From positions 1,050,001 to 1,082,000 of the forward strand of contig NC_007484.1 of the NCBI RefSeq assembly GCF_000012805.1: DNA of 32,000 nt, read 5' to 3'. This stretch comes from Nitrosococcus oceani ATCC 19707. GTDB lineage: Bacteria > Pseudomonadota > Gammaproteobacteria > Nitrosococcales > Nitrosococcaceae. Shown here piece after piece: positions 8,074 to 16,955 of this stretch (within the stretch, counting starts at the first letter, position 1; each line of letters starts with the position of its first letter). The notes under the pieces were generated by a model, which did no database searches, was not told the origin of the DNA, and saw nothing but the letters and a program-made list of their open reading frames with translations. The position numbers and the translations under genes are program-made.

Positions 8074-8370
8074 ATGCCGGAATTTAGCTTCATCCCGGGC
8101 AGTCTGCTGCTGTCGTCTACGCTTGCTTACGTGGGCCTGATGCCGGATATCATCGACTGCGATGCCAAGAAAGCGGTTCCCAATTCGGTTATGGAGGTCC
8201 CTGTGGGGGTAAGTGGCCGCTGTGATCCCAAGAAAGCCGCCGGGGAGATGAAGAAGGGTGTGGTCCGCACGGTGCAAGACAGCAGGGAGGAAACTCGTGA
8301 TTCGGTGGAGAATAAAGTAGGGGATAGCTGCGGCGAGGGCAAGCGCCGTTTAAATCAGGACGGCGACTGA
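8074..8370 (+). CDS. hypothetical small protein (98 aa); doubtful
   Basis: The ATG at 8074 is preceded by GAGGA (8061-8065). The product is charged (…CDAKKAVPNS…GRCDPKKAAGEMKKG…REETRDSVENKVGDSCGEGKRR). The patch is GC-rich and open in several frames on both strands, so coding is not established. Confidence 0.25.
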   Translation: MPEFSFIPGSLLLSSTLAYVGLMPDIIDCDAKKAVPNSVMEVPVGVSGRCDPKKAAGEMKKGVVRTVQDSREETRDSVENKVGDSCGEGKRRLNQDGD

Positions 8371-8605
8371 CGCAGGGAGGAGGGGTTCCCCGCCATACCC
8401 CGGAATTGGCCACGCATGATGGGGTGTTTCGCCACGAGGAGATTGGTATCGCGAAGTCGGTGCTGACGAAGGTCAGACCATAGAAGCAGCTGCGTGGCCT
8501 GTTGCTCAAGTCAGTGACTACGCCCCAGTGTGCACCAGATTATCTTGGAGAGAGGGGGTATTGTTCTCCTTTTAAAAATTCTGCCGGGATACTTAATTTA
8601 TTCCT

Positions 8606-9883
8606 ATGGAACTATTCTATATACTGCTGGTTCTGTTGCTAACTACCCGTTTATTGGGTGAATTTTCCAAGCGTATCGGCCAACCCTCCCTTGTTGGAGA
8701 GGTGATGGCAGGAATAGCGCTTGGCGCCCTGGCCGCTGAATTTCCCGACAACTTTCCTGCCTTAGTTGGCATCACGGAAGATAAGGTCTTTATTGCGCTC
8801 ACCGATCTGGCCATCTTTTTCCTCATGCTCTTGGCGGGAATGCAGATGCGTCTGCAAGAACTCGCCAAAGTTTCCCGCAGCGCTTTTTTCGTCGCTGTGG
8901 GGGGTATGGTTGTCCCTATGGCCCTAGGGCTAGGTCTAGGGTGGCTACTGATTCCTGATTCCCATTACAAGCAGGCCCAAGCCCTGTTCCTTGGCACCGC
9001 CCTGGCTATCACGGCAGTCCCGGTAGTGGTTCGGGTTCTCATGGATTTAGGCACCCTCCGTTCGCGGGTAGGTCAGACCATCGTCTCAGCGGCCTTCTTC
9101 GATGATGTGCTCAGTTTGTTGTTACTAGCAGTGCTAACGGCCATGCTCAATACGGGCGAGTTCCCGGATATTAGCTCGCTCCTGTATTTGTTGGGCCAGG
9201 TTCTGCTTTTCTTTATGGTAACTGGTGTAGTTGGCTATTTCACATTGCCCTTCATTGGCAAGTTTATTACCCGGTTTCGTCTTGATGAAATTAACTTTAG
9301 TGGCTTGCTCATCATTGCCTTGGCTAATGCCGTCCTCGCGGAAATGCTTGGCATGCATTTTATCCTAGGGGCTTTTATTACCGGCGTGCTTTTTACGCCA
9401 AAAACCATCAATAAGATGGCCTACGAAGAGAACAAACGCAGGCTCAGCGGAATCAGTGAGGGTTTCCTCGCTCCTTTGTTCTTCGCTTCCATTGGCCTGC
9501 ACCTTGATCTGAGCGCTATTACTGAAGATCCCATTTTTGTGATTTATCTCATCTATGCCGCTTTTGTCTGCAAATTCATTGGCGCGGGACTGCCTGCCTA
9601 TTGGTCAGGTTTCTCCATCCGCGACGCTGCTGCTGTCGGTACAGGCATGAGTGCTCGGGGAGCTGTGGAACTTATTATTGCCGACATCGCTTTGCAGGCA
9701 GGATTGTTCCAAAGACCGGAACCTACGCCCTCAATAGTGGAAAACTTATTCTCAGCTATTGTTATCATGGCTCTCGCCACCACATTGGTGACTCCTCTCT
9801 TCCTCAAAATATTACTAGGCCGTAGAAAAGGGACGGAGAAAAAATCCGATAACGCCAAATTGACCCGTACCGACAAAAAATAG
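8606..9883 (+). CDS. cation:proton antiporter (CPA1/CPA2 Na+/H+-exchanger fold, Kef/NapA-like)
   Basis: 425 aa with about 11-12 hydrophobic segments. The N-terminus LLTTRLLGEFSKRIGQPSLVGEVMAGIALG matches the family motif (+.GQP.V+GE+LAGI+LGP), and the later GAFITGVLF and SEGFLAPLFFASIGL are also characteristic. Confidence 0.85.
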   Translation: MELFYILLVLLLTTRLLGEFSKRIGQPSLVGEVMAGIALGALAAEFPDNFPALVGITEDKVFIALTDLAIFFLMLLAGMQMRLQELAKVSRSAFFVAVGGMVVPMALGLGLGWLLIPDSHYKQAQALFLGTALAITAVPVVVRVLMDLGTLRSRVGQTIVSAAFFDDVLSLLLLAVLTAMLNTGEFPDISSLLYLLGQVLLFFMVTGVVGYFTLPFIGKFITRFRLDEINFSGLLIIALANAVLAEMLGMHFILGAFITGVLFTPKTINKMAYEENKRRLSGISEGFLAPLFFASIGLHLDLSAITEDPIFVIYLIYAAFVCKFIGAGLPAYWSGFSIRDAAAVGTGMSARGAVELIIADIALQAGLFQRPEPTPSIVENLFSAIVIMALATTLVTPLFLKILLGRRKGTEKKSDNAKLTRTDKK

Positions 9884-9922
9884 CGCTTGCCTCTCTAAAA
9901 GCGAGGCTTATGTTTCCTTCGA

Positions 9923-12541
9923 TTAATGACTTTCGCCCTCTGCTCCCTCGGTTTCTATACGCTCTTTAAGCTTGGCATAGGCTTCCATTAACGTGGGTTC
10001 CATCACCACAGATCGGCCATCGCTGATAATAATACGCTCCAGCTTAGGAATTCTTACGTCATCTTTGATGGTGAGAAAAACGGGCTGGATATAAAGAATC
10101 ACCTGATCCACTGGCATAATGATCATATCCCCTAAAACAACTTTGGAGTCGTCCTGGTTCCACAGGGTAAATTGGGCGGAGACTTTGGGATCTTCATTAA
10201 TAACGGCATTGATTTGAGCAGGTCCAAACACCAATTCCCCTTTAGGAAAGCTATAAGCAATGAGTTTGCCATAATAAGGATCATCGCTGCCCGCCACGAG
10301 CATGGCCCGCATATTATCCTGCCCTTTGACAATCATGGGTAGAAACAAAAGAAAATCAAGCCTATTCTCTTCGATCAAATCCAACGTCAGATAATAGGGC
10401 CGTAAACGAGTTTCTGATTCTCTATTATATTTTTGCGCAAACGTCCACATATCCTCCTGCTGATAAAATATTTCTAGATCAGTTTGATGGTATTTGGCGT
10501 AAATCCCCATTTGTATTTCAAATAAGTCCTTGGGATAACGGATATGAGCCCGAATATCCTCGGGCATTTGCTCTTTAGGTTTGAAAAGTCCTGGATAAAT
10601 GCGGCTATAAGCCTGGATGATGGGATCGCTAGAATCAAATATATAGTAGTTAACCGTGCCGTGGTAAGCATCTACCACGATTTTTACTGAGTTACGAATA
10701 TAATTGATTTTTTCACTGCCCTTGGGTGGAATAGGAAACTCAAACCTCATTAACCCCAGAACATCAGCGTTAGGATACCAAGTTGAGGCCGTATAGGCGT
10801 CCTGAATCCAGTATAATCCCTCGGTAGTAGCCACCAAATAAGGAGCAGCATCTAGAAGAAGATAGGGAGTTAAAGTTTCAATGCGTTCGATGATATTACG
10901 CCGAAAGAGTATTTTGCTTTTATCGTAGGTTTGGGTAGTAAAGAATATATCCTTATCCTGAAAATAGACAGAAAAAATATATTTTTCAAACAACGAGGAC
11001 AGGGACACGCCGCCTTTTCCTTGGTAGTCCGTCATTACATTGGCGTTTCCCTTTGGATAATCGAATTCCCTATTCTCATTAGGCGCAATCGCATAACGAT
11101 AAGATCCTCGGCCATAATAGATACCGGGCTGCTTAATATTAAATCCCTCATCGGACTCCGGTGGAATTCCACGGATAAACCAATCCATAGATGCCTCTCC
11201 CTGTCCTTGGCCAGCCGAGCTCATCGCCAGCCCATAACCATGGGTATAGAGCAAATGTTCATTTACCCACTTCTGGGCGCCGCTTGGAAGCTTATCGTAG
11301 TTTAATTCCCGTGCGCCTAGAAAAACTTGCTGCTTTTTCCCGTTAATCATGTACCGATCAACGTTTTCCGCAGGAAATCCATAGTAAGTCCGCAGTTGCT
11401 GAAGCTGACGATACACTTGTCCTACTAGCTCCTTATCCCAAACGGGAACATTATGGAGGAGATCCTGAACTTTGGCGTTAAAAATATTTTTTAGGGCTTT
11501 TTTTCTTTCAAATTTTCTGACTTCTACATTACTAAGTTTATAGGCATCCAAGGTGGCTTTAATGCTATTTTCTATAAAAGGTTTTTGTATAGATAATTCA
11601 TTAGGTTTAACAATATATTCTTGAGTGGCCCAATGTAAAAAATGAAAATGGCGGGCACCCAGAGAAAGGATAAAAAGTAAGGAAAAAACTGCGAGTGTCT
11701 TTAATCCTTTGCGTTTATGGATAAACAATAGCAAGAAAAAGGCAATGCCTAATAGGAAAAACATGGATAGCCAAATAAAAGGCAGAATAACCCGCATCTC
11801 AACGAAACCAGGGCCGGAAAACAAGGGCTGATGGGCTTCACTGTAGACAAGCCCGTTACGCTGCAGGAAAAAATCCCATATTTCTATAAAGAAAACCATC
11901 AATACCAAAATACTCAGATGCCACTTAGCGCCGGTTGGCAAACGTTTGCCATGCTGGGAAAGTAAACGGTTTTCTATCCAGTAAAACAAGGTTAAACTTG
12001 CTAAAAGCAACAAAAAAGAGATTAATAAACGCTGCAGGATAAGCACATAAATGGGAAAGGAAAAAAGATAATAGGAAATATTCTTGCCATAAGCCGGATC
12101 TTGAATACCCATATCGGGGGCTACAAGATAGAGCAGAAAGGACTCCCATTGCTGAAAAAGAGGCCAGGCAATGATAATACTGAGGACAAGGGAGAGTGGT
12201 GTATAAATCCAGAGTGATCCAGTCTGAAACCTGAAAAATAAATTTTTAAATTTTTTTCTTGGTGCGCCTGGTGGAATATCGGCGGGACGTTCCGATCCGA
12301 GGTAATGTGAGGCCACCCAAAAATTAACAAAGAAAATAAGAAAAAAAACAATACTTACCTGTATGAAAACAACTAATTGATAAAGCGCTCGTTGCCAAAA
12401 ATAAAACCCGTAGTCTTGGGCGCTAAACCACCATAAATCTACTAAAAAAGGAATACCTTCAAAACCAGCAATTAGCAAAAAAACAGCGAGAACTACAATG
12501 CTAAGACCTAGAATCAAAAATCTACGCTTCCACCGGGACAT
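9923..12541 (-). CDS. UPF0182-family large membrane protein
   Basis: 872 aa with about 7 N-terminal TM segments and then a large soluble region. Motifs I associate with UPF0182 are present: VWDKELVGQVYRQLQQLRTYYGFPAENVDRY, YTHGYGLAMSSA, NYIRNSVKIVVDAYHGTVNYYIFD, IRYPKDLFEIQ and LYIQPVFL. Confidence 0.8.
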   Translation of the reverse strand: MSRWKRRFLILGLSIVVLAVFLLIAGFEGIPFLVDLWWFSAQDYGFYFWQRALYQLVVFIQVSIVFFLIFFVNFWVASHYLGSERPADIPPGAPRKKFKNLFFRFQTGSLWIYTPLSLVLSIIIAWPLFQQWESFLLYLVAPDMGIQDPAYGKNISYYLFSFPIYVLILQRLLISFLLLLASLTLFYWIENRLLSQHGKRLPTGAKWHLSILVLMVFFIEIWDFFLQRNGLVYSEAHQPLFSGPGFVEMRVILPFIWLSMFFLLGIAFFLLLFIHKRKGLKTLAVFSLLFILSLGARHFHFLHWATQEYIVKPNELSIQKPFIENSIKATLDAYKLSNVEVRKFERKKALKNIFNAKVQDLLHNVPVWDKELVGQVYRQLQQLRTYYGFPAENVDRYMINGKKQQVFLGARELNYDKLPSGAQKWVNEHLLYTHGYGLAMSSAGQGQGEASMDWFIRGIPPESDEGFNIKQPGIYYGRGSYRYAIAPNENREFDYPKGNANVMTDYQGKGGVSLSSLFEKYIFSVYFQDKDIFFTTQTYDKSKILFRRNIIERIETLTPYLLLDAAPYLVATTEGLYWIQDAYTASTWYPNADVLGLMRFEFPIPPKGSEKINYIRNSVKIVVDAYHGTVNYYIFDSSDPIIQAYSRIYPGLFKPKEQMPEDIRAHIRYPKDLFEIQMGIYAKYHQTDLEIFYQQEDMWTFAQKYNRESETRLRPYYLTLDLIEENRLDFLLFLPMIVKGQDNMRAMLVAGSDDPYYGKLIAYSFPKGELVFGPAQINAVINEDPKVSAQFTLWNQDDSKVVLGDMIIMPVDQVILYIQPVFLTIKDDVRIPKLERIIISDGRSVVMEPTLMEAYAKLKERIETEGAEGESH

Positions 12542-12651
12542 TCTATTTTTCCTTTTCTAATTAGCTATAACTTCTCTCTTGAAGACCACTTTGATACTCT
12601 CTCAGAAAGACACCCTGGCGCATTTGTGATCATCAAAATTTTTCAGCAGAA

Positions 12652-13617
12652 TTAATCAGATAGGAAAACATCTGCTGTAACAAACGCCTGCACGACCGCA
12701 CACCACGCCTTAGCGAGGTTATCCAAATCATACCCTCCTCCCCCTAAGCCAAGGATGCGCCCCGAGCTATATTGTTCCGCGATGGCACATAAGCGCTTTG
12801 CGGCATGTGCATGGGCTGTAGGGCTATATCCAAGGTGAGTAAGCGGATCGCCCGCCAAACTATCCGCACCGCACTGAAACAAAATGAATTCTGGCTGGCC
12901 CCGTTTTAGAAATGCCTCTGCTTGTTCCCAAGATTCTAAAAATTTCTTATCCGTGGCCCCTGGCGGCATAGGAATATTTAGCTTGCTGCCTACGGCAGGG
13001 CCAGTGCCCGTTTCATCCTTAGATCCCGTTCCAGGATATAGATAACGGCCATCTTCATGGAGATCAACAATAATCACATTCGGGTCTTCCTCAAAGCCGT
13101 AAAACACCCCATCTCCATGATGGGCATCGATATCCACATATCCTATTCGCTGCACCCCATACTGCCGCCGTAACGCTTCAATGGCCACGCCGCAGTCATT
13201 AAAGACGCAAAAACCAGCGGCAGCTTCGCGGCGGGCGTGATGCAAACCAGCAATTGGAATAAAAGCTCGCCGGCAAGATCCGGTCATCATGCCATCCACT
13301 GCCTTTAGCACGGTTCCCACAACCGCCGCAGCTGCTTCATAAACACCTGGAAAAGCAGGCGTATCCCCATAATCCAGAAAGCCTCTCCCTGCTATGGAAG
13401 AGTGCTTAACTCTTTCAACATAGTCAGGGAGATGAAACCATTCAATTTGTTCTTGAGCAGCGATAATCGGCTTCTCCATCACGACTTTTTGATCAAGCTC
13501 CTGATGATAGAATTCATCCATAAAGGCGGCCTGTCGGCGGGGGCCAAAAGGATGCCTTTCACCAAAATTATAACGCTGCAATAATTCTCCCATATAAACG
13601 CAAACATTTTTGTTCAT
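12652..13617 (-). CDS. histone deacetylase-family protein (AcuC/acetoin-utilisation or acetylpolyamine amidohydrolase-like)
   Basis: 321 aa. RYNFGERHPFGPRR, GLHHARREAAAGFCVFNDCGVA, YVDIDAHHGDGVFYGF, YLYPGTG and QCGADSLAGDPL are the class I/AcuC zinc-deacetylase catalytic motifs. Confidence 0.85.
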   Translation of the reverse strand: MNKNVCVYMGELLQRYNFGERHPFGPRRQAAFMDEFYHQELDQKVVMEKPIIAAQEQIEWFHLPDYVERVKHSSIAGRGFLDYGDTPAFPGVYEAAAAVVGTVLKAVDGMMTGSCRRAFIPIAGLHHARREAAAGFCVFNDCGVAIEALRRQYGVQRIGYVDIDAHHGDGVFYGFEEDPNVIIVDLHEDGRYLYPGTGSKDETGTGPAVGSKLNIPMPPGATDKKFLESWEQAEAFLKRGQPEFILFQCGADSLAGDPLTHLGYSPTAHAHAAKRLCAIAEQYSSGRILGLGGGGYDLDNLAKAWCAVVQAFVTADVFLSD

Positions 13618-14286
13618 TTAGAAATTCTCGCTAGACACCCTGCTGTTCATGGCGGGGAGCAAGCGTGGCCTCCATGTATTAAAAATTAAAAAACGGCAAT
13701 CGGCAGGCTTTGCGTTTTGGCAGAGCCTTTTTCCTCTTGTCATGGCATGTAAACTGATTCGGTCTTTCAAAACTTCCCCCACATAAGTGACCCCCCACTT
13801 AGGATGTTTGATTAAACTGCCACGCTTAAACCCATAACTGAGCATGCCGCTGTAAGGCTTTCGAATACCCCCCCTTTGAAAGCAGTCAACGGGGAACAGT
13901 TTCGCTAGCCACCTGTGCAGAGCTTCAGCTTCCACTGTCGGCAGGCTTTGGGGGAAGGTGGAAATGGACTGCGGGCACGGTTATCTCTGTTCTTACGGCG
14001 CGGGGTTTTCCTAAACTGCCCAGCTCGCCGTATATTCCTCCAAACCTCAATCGCATCCTTGACCTAGATCGATCACCGCATCGGTTTTAACGCCACATCC
14101 CTCTTTCTTGTTGCCGGGGTCAATACCTACCGCTATTGGTTGTAACTTTCTATCCCACGGGGCTGCATTCAGCCGCACGCAGAAAACCCCGTGCTTCCAA
14201 AAAGGCGTTGCCTTACCTTCTCTAACCCAACGCCTGGTGCGACTCGGTTTAGAGGGAGGCATTCCCGGTATCATTTCCCCTGCCAC
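13618..14286 (-). pseudogene. IscB/IsrB-like (PLMP + RuvC-I + RRXRR bridge-helix family) nuclease remnant: frameshifted twice and lacking the RuvC-II/HNH/RuvC-III middle
   Basis: Frame a (14286-14047) reads MIPGMPPSKPSRTRRWVREGKATPFWKHGVFCVRL...QPIAVGIDPGNKKEG, giving the PLMP-like N-terminus and the IDPG RuvC-I motif. Frame b (~14046-13936) reads WRNIRRAGQFRKTPRRKNRDNRARSPFPPSPKACRQWKLKL, the RRxRR...R+.RF.NR...LPPS.KAR bridge helix. Frame c (13935-13618) reads GFKRGSLIKHPKWGVTYVGEVLKDRISLHAMTRGKRLCQNAKPADCRFL, a typical IscB C-terminal domain. The ~0.67-kb span compares with 1.2-1.5 kb for an intact gene. Confidence 0.6.
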
Positions 14287-14310
14287 GAGAAATCCGTTTA
14301 ACTTTCTGTC

Positions 14311-14391
14311 TAGTCAACTGTTTTATCTTGATTAATCCGCTTAGCTTGCGGCTTACTTAAGCCCCGTCCTTTAGGAAGGGGTGGTTGACTA
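14311..14391 (-). ncRNA. candidate structured RNA remnant, in the position an omega-RNA scaffold would occupy immediately 5' of the IscB-like ORF
   Basis: An 8-bp closing stem (tagtcaac 14311-14318 with gttgacta 14384-14391) encloses three local hairpins. These are ccgc/gcgg (14337-14351), gctt-actt-aagc (14351-14362), and cccc.tcc/gga.gggg (14362-14381). The element lies 25 nt upstream of the remnant start codon. The strand is inferred from context only. Confidence 0.25.
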
Positions 14392-14682
14392 TCTATAATT
14401 TATAAATTGTGGAAATCCACACTTCTATAACAATAGCTTATTTTTTATATTAGTAAATGAAGACAAAAAATACTGTAATTAAGAACAAAGACTAGCAAGG
14501 CAAGCTTATAGAGAGAAGTGATGGTTTTTTACTACCTAGCCTGGGACGCCAATTCTTCTCACTGTGGAAATATAAAATATTAATTACTACGTCGGGACTC
14601 ATTCATAAAGAAAATTGTCACATTTAAATTGAGTCCCAAAAAAACCGGTCCCAACTGAAATTTAGCGAGCAAGGAAATAAAC

Positions 14683-15426
14683 ATGTATCGTATGCACTGT
14701 GCGGAGATCTGGGGTGGTACCAGAGCCACCAACGAAGACTTATCGACTCGCGCCCTAACCGCTAGTCTCTACTCAAATGCGTCTGAGGGGTGCAAAGGCG
14801 GCGATATCTATTACTTTAGTGTCTGCGAAGCGGATATGCTTACCCGTATCGCCATAGCCGATGTAGTCGGACATGGTCCAGATGTTAATCGAATCGGCCG
14901 GTGGCTTTACGACGCGCTGGCGGCGCAGGTAAACAGTCATGAAGTTGGCGACGTCCTTGCCAGACTGAATCGGCAGGTAGTTACCGAATGTGGACTTAAG
15001 GCAATGACCACGGCGGCAGTTGCTGGTTTCTGTTTCGCCGATACTCAACTTTACATTTCCTATGCTGGACACCCGCCATTGCTGCTTTGGCGGCAGGATG
15101 ATCAGTGCTGGCGGCCCATCGAGTTGAAGGCGCGCTTGGAAGCAACTAACCTGCCATTAGGGGTGATGAAAGGCATACCCTATGATCAGGAGCAAATCCG
15201 GCTCGTCTCCGGGGATCGCCTGTTTCTGTATACGGATGGACTCATTGAGGCCCCAGACGCGCAGGGCCAGCTATTTGGTGAAGAGCGGCTGCGGGCCATC
15301 CTTGGGCAGGTTGGCAACGAGAGTTTGCTTCACTTAAAACAAGCCGTTCTGAGGGCTATCCATGAGCATACGGGCGGGATTCTAACCCATGATGATATGA
15401 CCCTCATAGCAATAGAGATTAATTAA
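14683..15426 (+). CDS. PP2C-family (SpoIIE-like) serine phosphatase, stand-alone catalytic domain
   Basis: 247 aa with an AAGGAA SD. GGDIYYF...IAIADVVGHG (first metal-binding Asp), YAGHPPLLL, RLFLYTDGLIEA and LTHDDMTLIAIEI are the SpoIIE/PP2C motifs. No sensor, STAS or kinase domain is attached. Confidence 0.8.
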   Translation: MYRMHCAEIWGGTRATNEDLSTRALTASLYSNASEGCKGGDIYYFSVCEADMLTRIAIADVVGHGPDVNRIGRWLYDALAAQVNSHEVGDVLARLNRQVVTECGLKAMTTAAVAGFCFADTQLYISYAGHPPLLLWRQDDQCWRPIELKARLEATNLPLGVMKGIPYDQEQIRLVSGDRLFLYTDGLIEAPDAQGQLFGEERLRAILGQVGNESLLHLKQAVLRAIHEHTGGILTHDDMTLIAIEIN

Positions 15427-15529
15427 CTGCCTAGTGCTTAATGGTATGGGGCTGGTAAGCTAGGGAGGGAGAGATTAAGGTACGGATGCACTTATTTTTA
15501 AGCCCCCTAAATACAGGAGAAAGTAGCCA

Positions 15530-16933
15530 ATGACACCGGTTTCAGCCGAAAATAATTTTGACGTACTGGTAGTGGGAGGGGGCACGGCCGGCACCAACGC
15601 AGCCCGAGCTGCTTGCAATGCGGGAGCCTCTAGGGTGGGAGTGGTGTATATTCCCGAAATGTTTAACACCTGTGTGCAGGAAGGTTGCATGCCTTCGAAA
15701 AGCGTGCTGGCTTCATCCGCCCAGGGATACTCCTTTTTGGAAGCCATATACCGTAAAGATGTGCATCTTAACCGCCTTGCCCGCGCTCTTAAAGGAAAAA
15801 TGCAAAGAGCGCCCTATACCCTCATTGAAGGAGAGGCGCGGTTTTTGCCAGGAAAAGAAGGAGTAGAAGTCACCCAAGGTAAGAAAACACGCCGCCTATG
15901 GGCTAAAAACTATGTTATCGCTACCGGTTCCCATGCTTGGATTCCCCCCATAAAAGGACTTGAGGGTTTACCTGCCGGGCGCATGCTCGTCAGTGACGAT
16001 ATTGTGGGCATTCAAACTCTTCTTGGCGAAGCGCCTAAACGGTTACTGGTACTGGGTGGTGGCCCCATTGGCCTGGAGTTGGCCACCTTTTTTGCACGGT
16101 TAGGAACAGAAGTGCTTATCCTTGATACCGCCGGTCTTTTGGGGCACTTTGATTCCGAGTTTGGCGAAGCACGGCTTCGCGCCCTGAAAACCACGCCTCA
16201 CATGAACAGTTTGGTACCTGGAGAACTCCAATCGGTAGCCGACACCGCAAACGGGCTATTATGCCATATTGTCCATCAAGGCAACCTGCTTGAACGCTAT
16301 GCCGACAAGCTATTAATTGCTACTGGACGGAGACCGAATATTGAGGCGCTAGCCCTAGAAAATGCCGAGGTGCAGGTAGAGGGCTCCACCATCCAGCATA
16401 ATGAATACCTCCAGACCAGCAATCCTCATATCTATATTGCGGGCGATGCGATCAACCATCACCAAATATTGCATTACGCGGCGGAAATGGGTCAGGTTGC
16501 CGGCGCCAATGCGGCTTACGGCAAACCCACTGCGGTTATGGATTATCAAAAATTTTCCCTGGCAATTACTTTCGATGAATATCCTTCTGCGCTGATTGGC
16601 TTAACGGAGAGAGAGGCCAAGGCACAGGGTTATGATGTCATCTCAGCTACCCAGGATTTATCTTCCCTGGGGATGGGTATTCTCGAGGATCTTCCTTGGG
16701 GCCTTTGGAAATTGGTGGCTGATCGCAGGGATGGCCGTGTACTAGGGTCCCAGATTTTTGGCCCCTCATCAGCGCCGGAGATCATCCAGCTTCTGTCTCC
16801 TATTCTGTATTACCAAGGAACTCTGAGAGATATAGTACGCATGACCTGGTATCATCCCACCTATGCAGAACTCCTCCGCTCTCTGGCCCGTAGGCTTTGT
16901 TCAGAAAACGGAATTGAATGCCCTGGTGCTTAG
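15530..16933 (+). CDS. FAD-dependent pyridine nucleotide-disulfide oxidoreductase (dihydrolipoyl dehydrogenase / mercuric reductase superfamily), atypical redox motif
   Basis: 467 aa with an AGGAGA SD. It has a GxGxxG FAD site (VVGGGTAGTNAA), a redox-active CxxxxC (NTCVQEGCMPSK), an NAD site (VLGGGPIGLELA), ATGRRPN, YIAGDA, and the dimerisation-domain HPTYAELL. Confidence 0.85.
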   Translation: MTPVSAENNFDVLVVGGGTAGTNAARAACNAGASRVGVVYIPEMFNTCVQEGCMPSKSVLASSAQGYSFLEAIYRKDVHLNRLARALKGKMQRAPYTLIEGEARFLPGKEGVEVTQGKKTRRLWAKNYVIATGSHAWIPPIKGLEGLPAGRMLVSDDIVGIQTLLGEAPKRLLVLGGGPIGLELATFFARLGTEVLILDTAGLLGHFDSEFGEARLRALKTTPHMNSLVPGELQSVADTANGLLCHIVHQGNLLERYADKLLIATGRRPNIEALALENAEVQVEGSTIQHNEYLQTSNPHIYIAGDAINHHQILHYAAEMGQVAGANAAYGKPTAVMDYQKFSLAITFDEYPSALIGLTEREAKAQGYDVISATQDLSSLGMGILEDLPWGLWKLVADRRDGRVLGSQIFGPSSAPEIIQLLSPILYYQGTLRDIVRMTWYHPTYAELLRSLARRLCSENGIECPGA

Positions 16934-16955
16934 ATTAAACTTAACCATTATAAAA

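Noticed and set aside
8189-8509. 106-aa minus-strand ORF, plus ORFs at 8026-8277 and 8127-8342
   Set aside because: The translations are proline/serine/cysteine-rich nonsense in a GC-rich patch that is open in many frames. They are mutually overlapping, and no start context is present.
9884-9922. Possible bidirectional terminator between the convergent antiporter and UPF0182 genes
   Set aside because: There are only two alternative 5-bp stems (gcctc/gaggc and cgctt/aagcg) with 9-10-nt loops and no clean T-run. That is too weak to call.
10931-11305. 124-aa + strand ORF, with several other small ORFs at 10132-12351, inside the UPF0182 gene
   Set aside because: They lie antisense to or out of frame with an 872-aa ORF that has clear family motifs. 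None has ribosome-binding context.
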